Below, piece after piece: positions 16,645-24,138 of a stretch of DNA of 24,154 nucleotides. The translations under genes and the position numbers were made by a program. The DNA is from a virus (lineage: Duplodnaviria > Caudoviricetes): IMG/VR virus record IMGVR_UViG_3300030397_000026, positions 1-24,154 of that record. One strand, given 5' to 3'. Position 1 is the first letter of the stretch, and each line of letters starts with the position of its first letter. The notes beneath the pieces are model-generated. The model saw nothing but the letters and a program-made list of their open reading frames with translations. It was not told where the DNA came from and ran no database searches.

Positions 16645-17349
16645 TTATCTCGTAATCATGTGTCTGAATATGTTTGTGTTCTGAAAACCGGGCAGTATCG
16701 CAGCACCACTAGACCCACCCGACTCAGTGATAGCCCATGCAATCAAACTAAGGTCATCATTTGATTGCGTCATGGACCCGGATATGTCTACATCACTGGT
16801 GCCTATCGTGTCGTAGGTGTAGTCACCAATAGACTGTGAGCCAATATCTGACTCCATACGTTGTGTCCAGCCCGAACCCGGAGAAACTGAACCGGGGTTA
16901 TTCTCACCTGAGCGCCATGTAATGCCGCAATAACATTCATTACCACCGAGACTTAGCGTTCCAGATGGTGCGTTGGTGCTGTCTGCCTCATAGGTCAGGT
17001 CATCCTGAACAACCATATCGGCAGCCGCTGTAAACGTGATTGCAGACGGCTCAAGTACAACGTTACCGCCACCGACTGAAACCGTCTGTGCGCCCGTGGG
17101 AAGACTCGCACCGAGAAACCAAGCTGAAGCCACTGTGTTCTCGCCAGTTCCCGATTCCTCAAGCGGTGAGCTTGCCATCTCCGTCGCAGCAACACCGCCA
17201 TAGGTGACTGTGTCAGCGGCTGTTATCCAGCCGTGATTCAGAATAACAACGCCTGCCGGGGTTCCGACAGGCGTGTGCGTCCACGTTAGCGGAGTAGTGT
17301 CTTCCGAGAAGGTTCCCGGCGCACTCGTTGCGTCATACGCGACCGTCAT
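16645..17349 (-). CDS. Putative receptor-binding / virion accessory protein
   Basis: 234 aa S/T/G-rich beta protein ('TWTHT', 'VTYGGVA', 'PTGAQTVSV', 'GSGWTQR'), then a GGSSG linker and short tail 'NIFRHMITR'. Confidence 0.5.
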   Translation of the reverse strand: MTVAYDATSAPGTFSEDTTPLTWTHTPVGTPAGVVILNHGWITAADTVTYGGVAATEMASSPLEESGTGENTVASAWFLGASLPTGAQTVSVGGGNVVLEPSAITFTAAADMVVQDDLTYEADSTNAPSGTLSLGGNECYCGITWRSGENNPGSVSPGSGWTQRMESDIGSQSIGDYTYDTIGTSDVDISGSMTQSNDDLSLIAWAITESGGSSGAAILPGFQNTNIFRHMITR

Positions 17350-17831
17350 TATGCACCGTTAATGCCAGAGATCAGCGCGTTAGCGGCGGCAAGGGCAGCA
17401 TCCGTGTCGGGTGCGTCGAGTGTTTGGTAGGTTTCAAGGTTCGTTACAGGGTCAGACGAATACAACTGACCACGACCATTCGCCAGCGCAATCAGCGCGT
17501 CCATCTCTGTCGTGAAGGCGTTGAATAGCACATTGGTGGCTTGGATGTCGGTCTGCACAGCAGCGGCGCTCGCGTAAGTGTCAGGGTACTCTTGCGCGAC
17601 TCGTGTTCGCACAGCGGCGTTAATCAGCGAGCCATAAGGCCAGTTTGTGATGTTCGTTTTCACCTGTGCCAGTGCGTTCTGAAGCTGCACAACACGGGCC
17701 GCCCGAATGCTGCCGGCGTTAGTCAATTCGTCGCGAAACTGCGTTGCAATGATTCGTGCTTCACGCACAAACAAAACAAACTGCTTTGCACGCTCGCCAA
17801 TAGACCGCCGAATGTCAGTTTCAATAGCCAT
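17349..17831 (-). CDS. Hypothetical helical protein
   Basis: 160 aa Ala-rich, coupled to both neighbours. Confidence 0.65.
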   Translation of the reverse strand: MAIETDIRRSIGERAKQFVLFVREARIIATQFRDELTNAGSIRAARVVQLQNALAQVKTNITNWPYGSLINAAVRTRVAQEYPDTYASAAAVQTDIQATNVLFNAFTTEMDALIALANGRGQLYSSDPVTNLETYQTLDAPDTDAALAAANALISGINGA

Positions 17832-19217
17832 TTACTGTCTCGTGTTGGTTGAACTCACGCTCTCTGGCGAGGAAACACCGTTCCAGTCAATGCTCGCGCC
17901 CGCATCGAATACGTTGTTCGTCAGCGTTGAGCTGTTCACCACAGAACCGGACTCAAGCACGATTACCGGGCTGTTAACGCCTGTGAAGGTGTTGCCGTCA
18001 ATGGTCAGGCTGAATTGATCGCGCCAGTTCTGGTTAATTGCCCGTGTAACGTTGCTGAAGGTGTTATTCAGGATGCGAACGTCAGGGCCGCGCTTGTCGA
18101 GTTGAACGCCCACCGCCTCGGCACCGTCCGTGTCGCGACAAATGTTGCCGTCAATGACCGTGACACCCTGCCCGTCCTCAATGCGGAAACAGCCTTCATT
18201 GTCCCAGAGTTCGTTGCGGTAGAAATACGTGTTGATTGGTGCGCCGTCAGACCCGACAACTATGCCCTGCCCGTCAGAGCCTGAGTTCTGTTCCCAGCAC
18301 CGGGACGGGTTGTCCGGCAAACACCACACAGAGTTCTTTGCTGCAAAGCTGTGGCTCCAGATGCGATTCTCCACGGCGTAGACGTTTTGAAGGTACTTGT
18401 AGTCAAGCCCGTTTTCGCGGCAATCGTGGAAGTCGTTGCGAACCAGGTAGATACCATCCGGCCTGGTGCCCTCGAGCTGGTGGCCCGCCTGGAAACCATC
18501 GCCAGAGCAGTAATACGCCTCGCTCTCGATGATCCAGACGTTTCGAGCATTCTCACCCGCCGTGAAGCCGTGTCGGTCGTTGCCGCCCAGATGGTGTGAT
18601 TTCACCCGGTACGCAACGGCGTTATTCCCAGACAGCGAAAGGCCGTTCTTTGTCGTAACGCCCGCGCCATCAATCTCTGAGTCACGAACAACGTAGTTGC
18701 TACCCGAAATTCGAACGGTTGACCCGGTGATATCCAGAACGATCGTGCAATCGTTGGCCGTGATAGCAATCACGCCATTATTGCCGCCGCCCGAATACCG
18801 AATTGCGTCGTTTGAGCACGACAGACTCTGATCGTCACTGCCTACCGATACGGCGCGATACGATGCAGGCTCATTGTCCCAGCCCGCGAAAGGTGCCGGA
18901 ACTTCACTCGGCCAGCCCGTAGGTGGGTCTGGGTCCGGGTCCGGTTCAGGATCGGGGTCTGGGTCTGGATCGGGGATAGCGTCAATCGTTGCCTGTACCC
19001 GGTATTCAGAACCCGGCACTACCCGGTATTCAAGACCGTCCGATAACGAGCGATTCGCACAAGACTCAATCGCCTTATCCAGCCGTGTGTGATTCGACAG
19101 TGCCAATCCTGAGTTATCAGTGCAAACCCACTCGGCTGAACCTTCACGGGTAATAGAAATCTCGTCAGCGTGGGCCGGTAACGCCAGCAGGAGAATTAAA
19201 GCTGCTTTAAGTTTCAT
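17832..19217 (-). CDS. Secreted right-handed parallel beta-helix protein (pectate-lyase / depolymerase-like)
   Basis: 461 aa: Sec signal MKLKAALILLLALPAHA|DE, small Cys-containing domain, (DP)n linker, then PbH1-type repeats ('NVWIIESEAYYCSGDGFQ', 'NDFHDCRENGLDYK', 'VRILNNTFSN'). Confidence 0.75.
   Translation of the reverse strand: MKLKAALILLLALPAHADEISITREGSAEWVCTDNSGLALSNHTRLDKAIESCANRSLSDGLEYRVVPGSEYRVQATIDAIPDPDPDPDPEPDPDPDPPTGWPSEVPAPFAGWDNEPASYRAVSVGSDDQSLSCSNDAIRYSGGGNNGVIAITANDCTIVLDITGSTVRISGSNYVVRDSEIDGAGVTTKNGLSLSGNNAVAYRVKSHHLGGNDRHGFTAGENARNVWIIESEAYYCSGDGFQAGHQLEGTRPDGIYLVRNDFHDCRENGLDYKYLQNVYAVENRIWSHSFAAKNSVWCLPDNPSRCWEQNSGSDGQGIVVGSDGAPINTYFYRNELWDNEGCFRIEDGQGVTVIDGNICRDTDGAEAVGVQLDKRGPDVRILNNTFSNVTRAINQNWRDQFSLTIDGNTFTGVNSPVIVLESGSVVNSSTLTNNVFDAGASIDWNGVSSPESVSSTNTRQ
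18922..18974 (-). repeat. Degenerate hexamer repeat encoding the PDPDPDPDPEPDPDPDPP linker
   Basis: Directly visible in the DNA and the translation. Confidence 0.85.
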
Positions 19218-19357
19218 TCGTCTTTTGTTTCCTGCTTGTCACAAAGCTCAATAGCCTCAACAACCGCCTGCAAATCGTCGGTATTCTCATACCAGTCAAG
19301 CAGCTCCCTCATTTGCTTCTGCCAGCGGTATTCGTTGATGTCCGTTACCTTGCTCAA
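19214..19357 (-). CDS. Hypothetical protein, 47 aa
   Basis: TTG start, (M)SKVTDINEYRWQKQMRELLDWYENTDDLQAVVEAIELCDKQETKDE*; TTGA and ATGA overlaps at its two ends. Confidence 0.55.
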   Translation of the reverse strand: MSKVTDINEYRWQKQMRELLDWYENTDDLQAVVEAIELCDKQETKDE

Positions 19358-19575
19358 TGAATAACTTCTGGCTTCATGGTCTCCGAGATTGCGTCAAGCT
19401 CTTCGTCGGAGATTTCGACCACCTCAACCAACGGTCCTAGTAGCTCGTAGCCGTTTTCCTCGGCTATCAGTTCAGCGTCTTCCCGCGTCTCCGCCCTGAC
19501 CTCACCACCAACCCATATTTCTGCTGGTCCGTCAGTCTTTATCGGGATGTTCACCAGGAATACCTTGAGTTCCAT
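19354..19575 (-). CDS. Hypothetical acidic protein
   Basis: 73 aa, TAATG-coupled, GAGGGA SD. Confidence 0.65.
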   Translation of the reverse strand: MELKVFLVNIPIKTDGPAEIWVGGEVRAETREDAELIAEENGYELLGPLVEVVEISDEELDAISETMKPEVIH

Positions 19576-19823
19576 TAGTCCCAGTCCCTCAAGATTGATT
19601 GGCAGTTGTTCAGGATCAGGTCCTCTCGGACCTCGTGGGGCCGGTGCTTTCGTGTTCTGCCGTGGGCGTGCTTGCTAATGGTTGGCTTTCCGTGTTCTGC
19701 GTAAATCTTCTGACACGCATCCCACTTGAGGGCGTTTTCCACGTCCCTGTATTGGCGTTCATCAGGGGTGAGCGTGGACGCACAACCGACGAGCAATAGT
19801 GTCAGTAGTGCGAGTTTGTTCAT
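19575..19823 (-). CDS. Small lipoprotein
   Basis: 82 aa with lipobox MNKLALLTLLLVG|C and two further Cys. Confidence 0.7.
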   Translation of the reverse strand: MNKLALLTLLLVGCASTLTPDERQYRDVENALKWDACQKIYAEHGKPTISKHAHGRTRKHRPHEVREDLILNNCQSILRDWD

Positions 19824-19966
19824 TCCGGTATCGGTGTCACCCTGTAACAGCCATCCACACGAAATCCGTTTTCATCACGCAGCTGCTCTATTCGTTCGTT
19901 GTCGTGGTCGTACTCGTGCAAGCCGAAAACCTGCCTGTAGTACGCATCCAACTTATCTTCGTCCAT
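19820..19966 (-). CDS. Hypothetical protein, 48 aa, first ORF of the late operon
   Basis: MDEDKLDAYYRQVFGLHEYDHDNERIEQLRDENGFRVDGCYRVTPIPE*; ATGA overlap with the lipoprotein gene. Confidence 0.5.
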   Translation of the reverse strand: MDEDKLDAYYRQVFGLHEYDHDNERIEQLRDENGFRVDGCYRVTPIPE

Positions 19967-19979
19967 GACTCCCAGACAC

Positions 19980-20008
19980 AAAAAAACCCGCGTTCCGTAA
20001 AACGCAGG
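19980..20008 (-). terminator. tR'-like intrinsic terminator
   Basis: Minus strand CCTGCGTT-TTACGG-AACGCGGG-TTTTTTT, just downstream of the predicted late promoter. Confidence 0.8.
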
Positions 20009-20026
20009 CGTTATCTCTCACCCCCG

Positions 20027-20055
20027 ATACTACTGTGTTTTTATACAGTGGTCAA
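20027..20055 (-). promoter_or_regulatory. pR'-like sigma70 late promoter with a palindromic spacer
   Basis: TTGACC-N17-TAGTAT on the minus strand, overlapping the end of the Q-like gene; the spacer holds ACTGT-N8-ACAGT. Confidence 0.7.
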
Positions 20056-20431
20056 GCATTTTCCTGAAATTTCTTCTTGCCCGGTAAAGTCTCTTCTTAA
20101 ATGTCTCTTTCGAAACTCTTAGGAAACCTGCAAGCTCTTGTTTGGTATGGGGTTTTCCGTCTTCGTGCCTGACTGGTAGGCAATACCAGAGAATCAGCGC
20201 GTCACGCTCAACGGCGCTCAACCTCTGCACAGCTCGATTTGTTTTTCGGACCGAGGGGGGACTATCGGGGCAAAGAACCTTGTGACCATATGTTCCCTCC
20301 TGCACGCGGCCCGACAGAATGCCTGCCCTGTGCAGAATGTTTTCGCCCAATAGATCAGCCCAATCAATGTTTCGCTCAACCCAGCTCCCCCACTCCTTGA
20401 GCTTGTATTCGGCCCTGCTAGTCATAGGCAA
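20030..20431 (-). CDS. Q-like late antiterminator (sigma region-4-like HTH)
   Basis: 133 aa: 'LKEWGSW' N-terminus and 'VQRLSAVERDALILWY...KQELAGFLRVSKETFKKRLYRAR'; after ninG and before the pR'/tR'-like elements. Confidence 0.75.
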   Translation of the reverse strand: MPMTSRAEYKLKEWGSWVERNIDWADLLGENILHRAGILSGRVQEGTYGHKVLCPDSPPSVRKTNRAVQRLSAVERDALILWYCLPVRHEDGKPHTKQELAGFLRVSKETFKKRLYRARRNFRKMLDHCIKTQ

Positions 20432-20858
20432 TCAGGGGGATAAACCCCTGCTCTCCGTTAGCCCTCATGAACTCAAGCCGCTTCAGCTCGCGCTTGTAGT
20501 GTTCGTTGATTTCCCATTTCTCTGCCCGCGTGTATTTGAACGTTTCCTGCATTCGCTCGACCAGCATCTCGTGACGGGTATCTCCGAGATGTCGCCGCAT
20601 GAGGTCAACTTGCTCGCTGGGGTGGGTGTCAATGTAGGCATGGATCGGGTGACAGAGTGCGACACAATTGTCTGTGTGCCAACGCCCTCCACGGTATCGC
20701 CTGCCATAGTAATGTGAGCATTCGAGGCCACCGCTTCGTAAGTCCTGATTTCCACATTTTGGACAACCTGGATACTGACAGCGGTAGTCATACGACTCGC
20801 GTAACGCTTTGCTGAAATTTGTGTCAATGGTTGATTCACGGATGCGCTTAACCGCCAT
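20418..20858 (-). CDS. ninG: NinG/Rap-like HNH junction endonuclease
   Basis: 'DTNFSKALRE...CQYPGCPKCG...LECSHYYGRRYRGGRWHTDNCVALCHPIH'; the ATG at 20858 is preferred over TTG 20867. Confidence 0.7.
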   Translation of the reverse strand: MAVKRIRESTIDTNFSKALRESYDYRCQYPGCPKCGNQDLRSGGLECSHYYGRRYRGGRWHTDNCVALCHPIHAYIDTHPSEQVDLMRRHLGDTRHEMLVERMQETFKYTRAEKWEINEHYKRELKRLEFMRANGEQGFIPLIAYD

Positions 20859-21021
20859 AGTATTCAATGACTCGCTTTAGGGCTTTGATTGTTTTGCGGA
20901 GGTCTCTCCTTTCTTCTGGGTCAGCGGGGTCATAGTCCTTGCACGCCGCGAGCGAGTTCTTAAGGTCCACGACAATCACCTCATCAAGCACTTCGTCATT
21001 GATCTCGATTTCACACTTCAT
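20848..21021 (-). CDS. Hypothetical protein, 57 aa
   Basis: MKCEIEINDEVLDEVIVVDLKNSLAACKDYDPADPEERRDLRKTIKALKRVIEYYGG*; ATGA overlap and GAGGGG SD. Confidence 0.7.
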   Translation of the reverse strand: MKCEIEINDEVLDEVIVVDLKNSLAACKDYDPADPEERRDLRKTIKALKRVIEYYGG

Positions 21022-21338
21022 ACGTGCCCCCTCTTACTCGCCGCGAACTGACTGCGCCAAACGTCTACGGTCATCTCTGCGGCCTTTAGCTTGGTTGCCA
21101 GCGTTTCCTTATCGGCCCACGCGTTTTCTATCTCTTCGACAACCGCCTTGAATGCGTCACTACTCGCCGCCTTTGCCTCGCGCTCTGCAACCGTTCCCTG
21201 TGCGTACAAAAACGCCTGCCCGTGAACCACCTTGCGCTTTTGCTCCAGCGCCTTGCACTGGCCTATCAGCTTTCCAAGTTCGTCAGCGTGGTCGCGAATG
21301 AACTCAACCGCCTTCTCTGCTCGTTCTTCGCTAATCAC
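21018..21338 (-). CDS. Coiled-coil phage protein, possibly a UvsY-like recombination mediator
   Basis: 106 aa helical, 'GTVAEREAKA...VDVWRS'; GGAG SD. Confidence 0.6.
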   Translation of the reverse strand: MISEERAEKAVEFIRDHADELGKLIGQCKALEQKRKVVHGQAFLYAQGTVAEREAKAASSDAFKAVVEEIENAWADKETLATKLKAAEMTVDVWRSQFAASKRGHV

Positions 21339-21516
21339 GCCAATATCTCCATTTGTCCTCTATCCAAATCCATACAGTCAGAGACAAAGCAACAGACCCA
21401 AACCAAACCGCAACCCATCCCGCAGGAATGTAGAGGTAATGCTTCACCCAATCGGGCACCAGCCAAAAGAACAGCGCGGACAAAACAACAGCCGTCCAAA
21501 GAACCCTCACAGCCAA
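21331..21516 (-). CDS. Small two-TM membrane protein
   Basis: 61 aa with two hydrophobic, Trp-rich segments; GAGG SD. Confidence 0.6.
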   Translation of the reverse strand: MAVRVLWTAVVLSALFFWLVPDWVKHYLYIPAGWVAVWFGSVALSLTVWIWIEDKWRYWRD

Positions 21517-21731
21517 CCCGCCTCTTTGAACAGCCGGTCCACCAGGAAACTCGGTGCGCCGATTTCCTCGGGTCCGGGAATGCTGTGAGTTTTCCTGAAT
21601 CGGTGGATTGCAGAGTCAGAACAACCCACCTCCTGCGCTATAACCCTATCCGGGGTTTTGCCCCAATCGTCTCGGGCCATCAGTGCGGCATTCAATGTGC
21701 CGTAGTTCCACCGTGAGAATTTCATTTCCAT
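21507..21731 (-). CDS. Small HTH protein
   Basis: 'PDRVIAQEVGCSDSAIHRFRKTHSI'. Confidence 0.65.
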   Translation of the reverse strand: MEMKFSRWNYGTLNAALMARDDWGKTPDRVIAQEVGCSDSAIHRFRKTHSIPGPEEIGAPSFLVDRLFKEAGWL

Positions 21732-22075
21732 CCCTCCAGTAGTTTCGTGGTCTTCGGGCGACGCTCACATTTCTTGCGCTGGTGGCCCTTCAAACCGATG
21801 CGCTTGCGGACCTCAATCACCATCCAGACCGGGGTTTTGTGCTTGTTCGCCATCCACTGCGCTGACTGCTCCTCAATCTGCGGATCAACCACAAGGTTGA
21901 TAAACCGCTGTGCCTGCTCTATCCGGCTGGCGTAGTGTTTAAGTGCCGCCTGCTTTCGCTTTGTCACTCTGTCGATTCGCTCGACATTCTGAGCAAAACC
22001 ACCAGTGCCCGAGGTCCGACCAGTAGAGCGGTCCGCAGTCCTCAATGGGCTTTTTCCTGTTGCAGCCTTTTCCAC
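21722..22075 (-). CDS. Hypothetical basic protein with a possible HTH; start uncertain
   Basis: 'SAQWMANKHKTPVWMVIEVRKRIGL'; TAGTG-coupled start. Confidence 0.5.
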   Translation of the reverse strand: MEKAATGKSPLRTADRSTGRTSGTGGFAQNVERIDRVTKRKQAALKHYASRIEQAQRFINLVVDPQIEEQSAQWMANKHKTPVWMVIEVRKRIGLKGHQRKKCERRPKTTKLLEGWK

Positions 22076-22428
22076 TATTCCTGTCCTCGTTGTAGTTTGT
22101 TCCGCAAGTAACGCTCTTCCCGCTCGCAGTAGAATTTGATTTTTTCGAGTTCGTAATCCGGCGAGTTCTTGCCACTGTGAAGCCTCACGATTGCTTTCAG
22201 CATGTTTCCCTGGTTGAAGCTCATTCCGTCCGTCAGGTCAGCAACGCAGGTTGTTCCCTCGGGGAAGTCATAGGCGGGGTTATCTTTGCCCGACACTTTG
22301 GGCGCGCCAGTTGCCAGTCTCTTAACCCCATCCGCGTAGCAGCACGCACACGCACCCCACACCTCGCCGTGTTTGCACTTAGCCAATGCCGTTTTCCTTC
22401 TTCCAATCGGAATACGACAAGTAACCAC
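22075..22428 (-). CDS. DUF3310 (SaV-like) protein with an N-terminal Cys/His motif
   Basis: 'MSFNQGNMLKAIVRLHSGKNSPDYELEKIKFY' resembles F-x-x-GN-x-x-KY-x-x-R...DL-x-KA-x-x-Y. The likely start is TTG at 22386 ('AKCKHGEVWGACACC'). Confidence 0.65.
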   Translation of the reverse strand: MVTCRIPIGRRKTALAKCKHGEVWGACACCYADGVKRLATGAPKVSGKDNPAYDFPEGTTCVADLTDGMSFNQGNMLKAIVRLHSGKNSPDYELEKIKFYCEREERYLRNKLQRGQE

Positions 22429-22765
22429 GGGGCCTGTGGTCTTCGATCATCGTTCGGGCGACCCACTGTGGGCTTGGCGGCACCCGCCTGCACGCCTCCA
22501 TGAACTGCGATAGGTTCGGCGGGAAGCTCAAACCACCATCAACTAGGTTTACTAGCCCACGACTGATTTGCGCATCACTCAGGCCGTGAATACCCGCCAC
22601 CCAAAGCGAACCGGGTTCGTCACCATGCTCGCGCAGAAACGCATTGCCAAAAATCTCGGCAAGCTGCACCCAAACTGCGAGCGCCCTATTCAAGTCCGGC
22701 CTTTCGTCGGAGGCTGTTGAGCTTGTTCCCGAAGTTGGAATCTTGATCTCGCTGAGTTTTTTCAT
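22379..22765 (-). CDS. Replication protein P-like (putative helicase loader)
   Basis: Start at ATG 22765 with GGAG SD; 'W...GLSDAQISRGL...FPPNLSQFMEACR'; follows and overlaps the initiator. Confidence 0.65.
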   Translation of the reverse strand: MKKLSEIKIPTSGTSSTASDERPDLNRALAVWVQLAEIFGNAFLREHGDEPGSLWVAGIHGLSDAQISRGLVNLVDGGLSFPPNLSQFMEACRRVPPSPQWVARTMIEDHRPRGYLSYSDWKKENGIG

Positions 22766-23381
22766 TGCGATACTCCAGCGCCCGCCGCATCCAGTTACGC
22801 CAAACGGCGCTCCAGTCCTTGCGGGCAGATTTGAATTCGTGGTCTTTGAAGGTCTCGGTTTGCAGTTCGATTTCGTCAATCGAAAAACCGAGGTTTGCAG
22901 CCCACTGGATTTGTTTCTCAGTGAGCGCAAAGTCTTGGGGCGCACGCTTGCGTGCCCCTCTAGTATCTAATCTAGTCTTATCTAATCTAGTCTTATCTGG
23001 GCATGACTCAGTCATGATTTCGTCATGATTTTCCCTTGCCCGCTTTATCAGCTTTCTCATTTGCGGGTTGGAAGTCATTGATTGATCAAGCCTTTTTGCC
23101 ATCCTCATGCAAGTAATGACGCCGCGACTATTCTCGAACAGGCCGAGCCTAACCATGAACGTCATCATCTCTTGCACGCGCTCGTGGTGAATGCCGGTTT
23201 TGTGTGCGATAACCTCAGAATCATGCTCCAGCTCGAACGTGATATTTCCTTCGTCAACACCGTGGGCGATCAGCTCAAGGCAGTACCAATAGAGGCCATA
23301 TCCCTCCATTCCGTACTTAATCTGAACCTTCAGTAGACGCGCATCGTTGTTCGCATCTGCGTCATGCTTGAACCACTTCAA
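22686..23381 (-). CDS. Replication initiator (DUF4373 / Lin1244-like N-domain, functional analogue of lambda O)
   Basis: TTG start at 23381 with GGAG SD: 'KWFKHDADANNDARL...YGMEGYGLYWYCLELIA'; C-terminal 'FKDH...KDWSAVWRNWMRRA'; internal repeats. Confidence 0.8.
   Translation of the reverse strand: MKWFKHDADANNDARLLKVQIKYGMEGYGLYWYCLELIAHGVDEGNITFELEHDSEVIAHKTGIHHERVQEMMTFMVRLGLFENSRGVITCMRMAKRLDQSMTSNPQMRKLIKRARENHDEIMTESCPDKTRLDKTRLDTRGARKRAPQDFALTEKQIQWAANLGFSIDEIELQTETFKDHEFKSARKDWSAVWRNWMRRALEYRNEKTQRDQDSNFGNKLNSLRRKAGLE
22937..23032. repeat. Putative replication origin: iterons, AT-rich tandem repeat and GC inverted repeat
   Basis: Three 11-bp units GGCATGACTCA / GTCATGATTTC / GTCATGATTTT (23000-23032); TATCTAATCTAGTCT x2 (22964-22993); GCACGC-TT-GCGTGC (22942-22955). 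Confidence 0.65.
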
Positions 23382-23401
23382 TCCCTGATCTCCGTCAGTG
23401 G

Positions 23402-23659
23402 TTAGAAATCTATTCGTGCCTGGAGACCGTTCATGCAATCCAAGTACTGCCCGGTCTCGTTGATTCCGTGGTGACCGCAAAGGAACCAGTTCTCGGTTAA
23501 CCCTTTGGGGCGAATGTCTAGCTCAACCTCATGCAGGGGCTGGGCTTCGTAGTGTTTGTTTTCGAGATACGCGTAGAAGGCGTAACAGGCGATTGCCAGA
23601 ATCACGGGTGAGAACATGCCCACCATGATTAACGCCCATTCTCGAATCGCTCGGCTCAT
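23402..23659 (-). CDS. Small membrane-anchored protein
   Basis: 85 aa with an N-terminal TM segment; ATGA overlap. Confidence 0.55.
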   Translation of the reverse strand: MSRAIREWALIMVGMFSPVILAIACYAFYAYLENKHYEAQPLHEVELDIRPKGLTENWFLCGHHGINETGQYLDCMNGLQARIDF

Positions 23660-24069
23660 TTCGTCTGGCGCACAAACTCAAGGATTGTTTCGTTGCGCCG
23701 CCGCTCTTCGGCCAGAGCCGCCCTTGCCTCTTCCAGTTGCTGCTCAAGGGTTGATTTGCGAGGTACAAGTTCATCGCCGGTTCTCAGCGCCCACCAGCGC
23801 AGCGGAATCTTGTTGCCAAGAAACTCGCACAGCGACGGCAGATCATTGGTCGGCCAGTTGTATTTGCCGGAGCGATACTTCGAGAAGTTGCCCGGTGTGA
23901 TGCCCATAAAGCTCGCAATCTGATCGTCCTGAAGGCCCGATACCTCAATTCCCAGAATGATTGCCGCGTGCAGGGTTGGCTTGTTTCCTAGGACAGCATC
24001 GGGAATATCGTCCACCCCCGTTGCGTTACTCAGAGGGAGGGAAATCTGTGGAAACAAACTTTCCTTCAC
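23656..24069 (-). CDS. CII-like / XRE-HTH phage regulator
   Basis: 'SGLQDDQIASFMGITPGNFSKYRSG' HTH, 'CEFLGNKIPLRW' and a C-terminal coiled coil; located between a tR1-like terminator and the replication genes. Confidence 0.7.
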   Translation of the reverse strand: MKESLFPQISLPLSNATGVDDIPDAVLGNKPTLHAAIILGIEVSGLQDDQIASFMGITPGNFSKYRSGKYNWPTNDLPSLCEFLGNKIPLRWWALRTGDELVPRKSTLEQQLEEARAALAEERRRNETILEFVRQTK

Positions 24070-24091
24070 TTGCCTATCCTTCTGCGGCTAA

Positions 24092-24119
24092 ATAAAAAAG
24101 GCCCTGCCGGAACAGGGCC
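24092..24119 (-). terminator. tR1-position intrinsic terminator
   Basis: Minus strand GGCCCTG-TTCCGG-CAGGGCC-TTTTTTAT. Confidence 0.7.
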
Positions 24120-24138
24120 AATAGAAACCTTCTGCAAC

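Noticed and set aside
18874-19092. Plus-strand (GS)n ORF
   Set aside because: It is the antisense reading of the (DP)n linker.
21331-21516. Two-TM protein as a holin
   Set aside because: It is in the early nin-like region upstream of Q with no adjacent endolysin; insufficient support.
22766-22945. 60-aa N-terminal extension of the P-like ORF
   Set aside because: It lies wholly within the initiator gene; ATG 22765 has a good SD.
457-23923. Plus-strand ORFs in the six-frame track
   Set aside because: All are antisense shadows of well-supported minus-strand genes and lack recognisable motifs.
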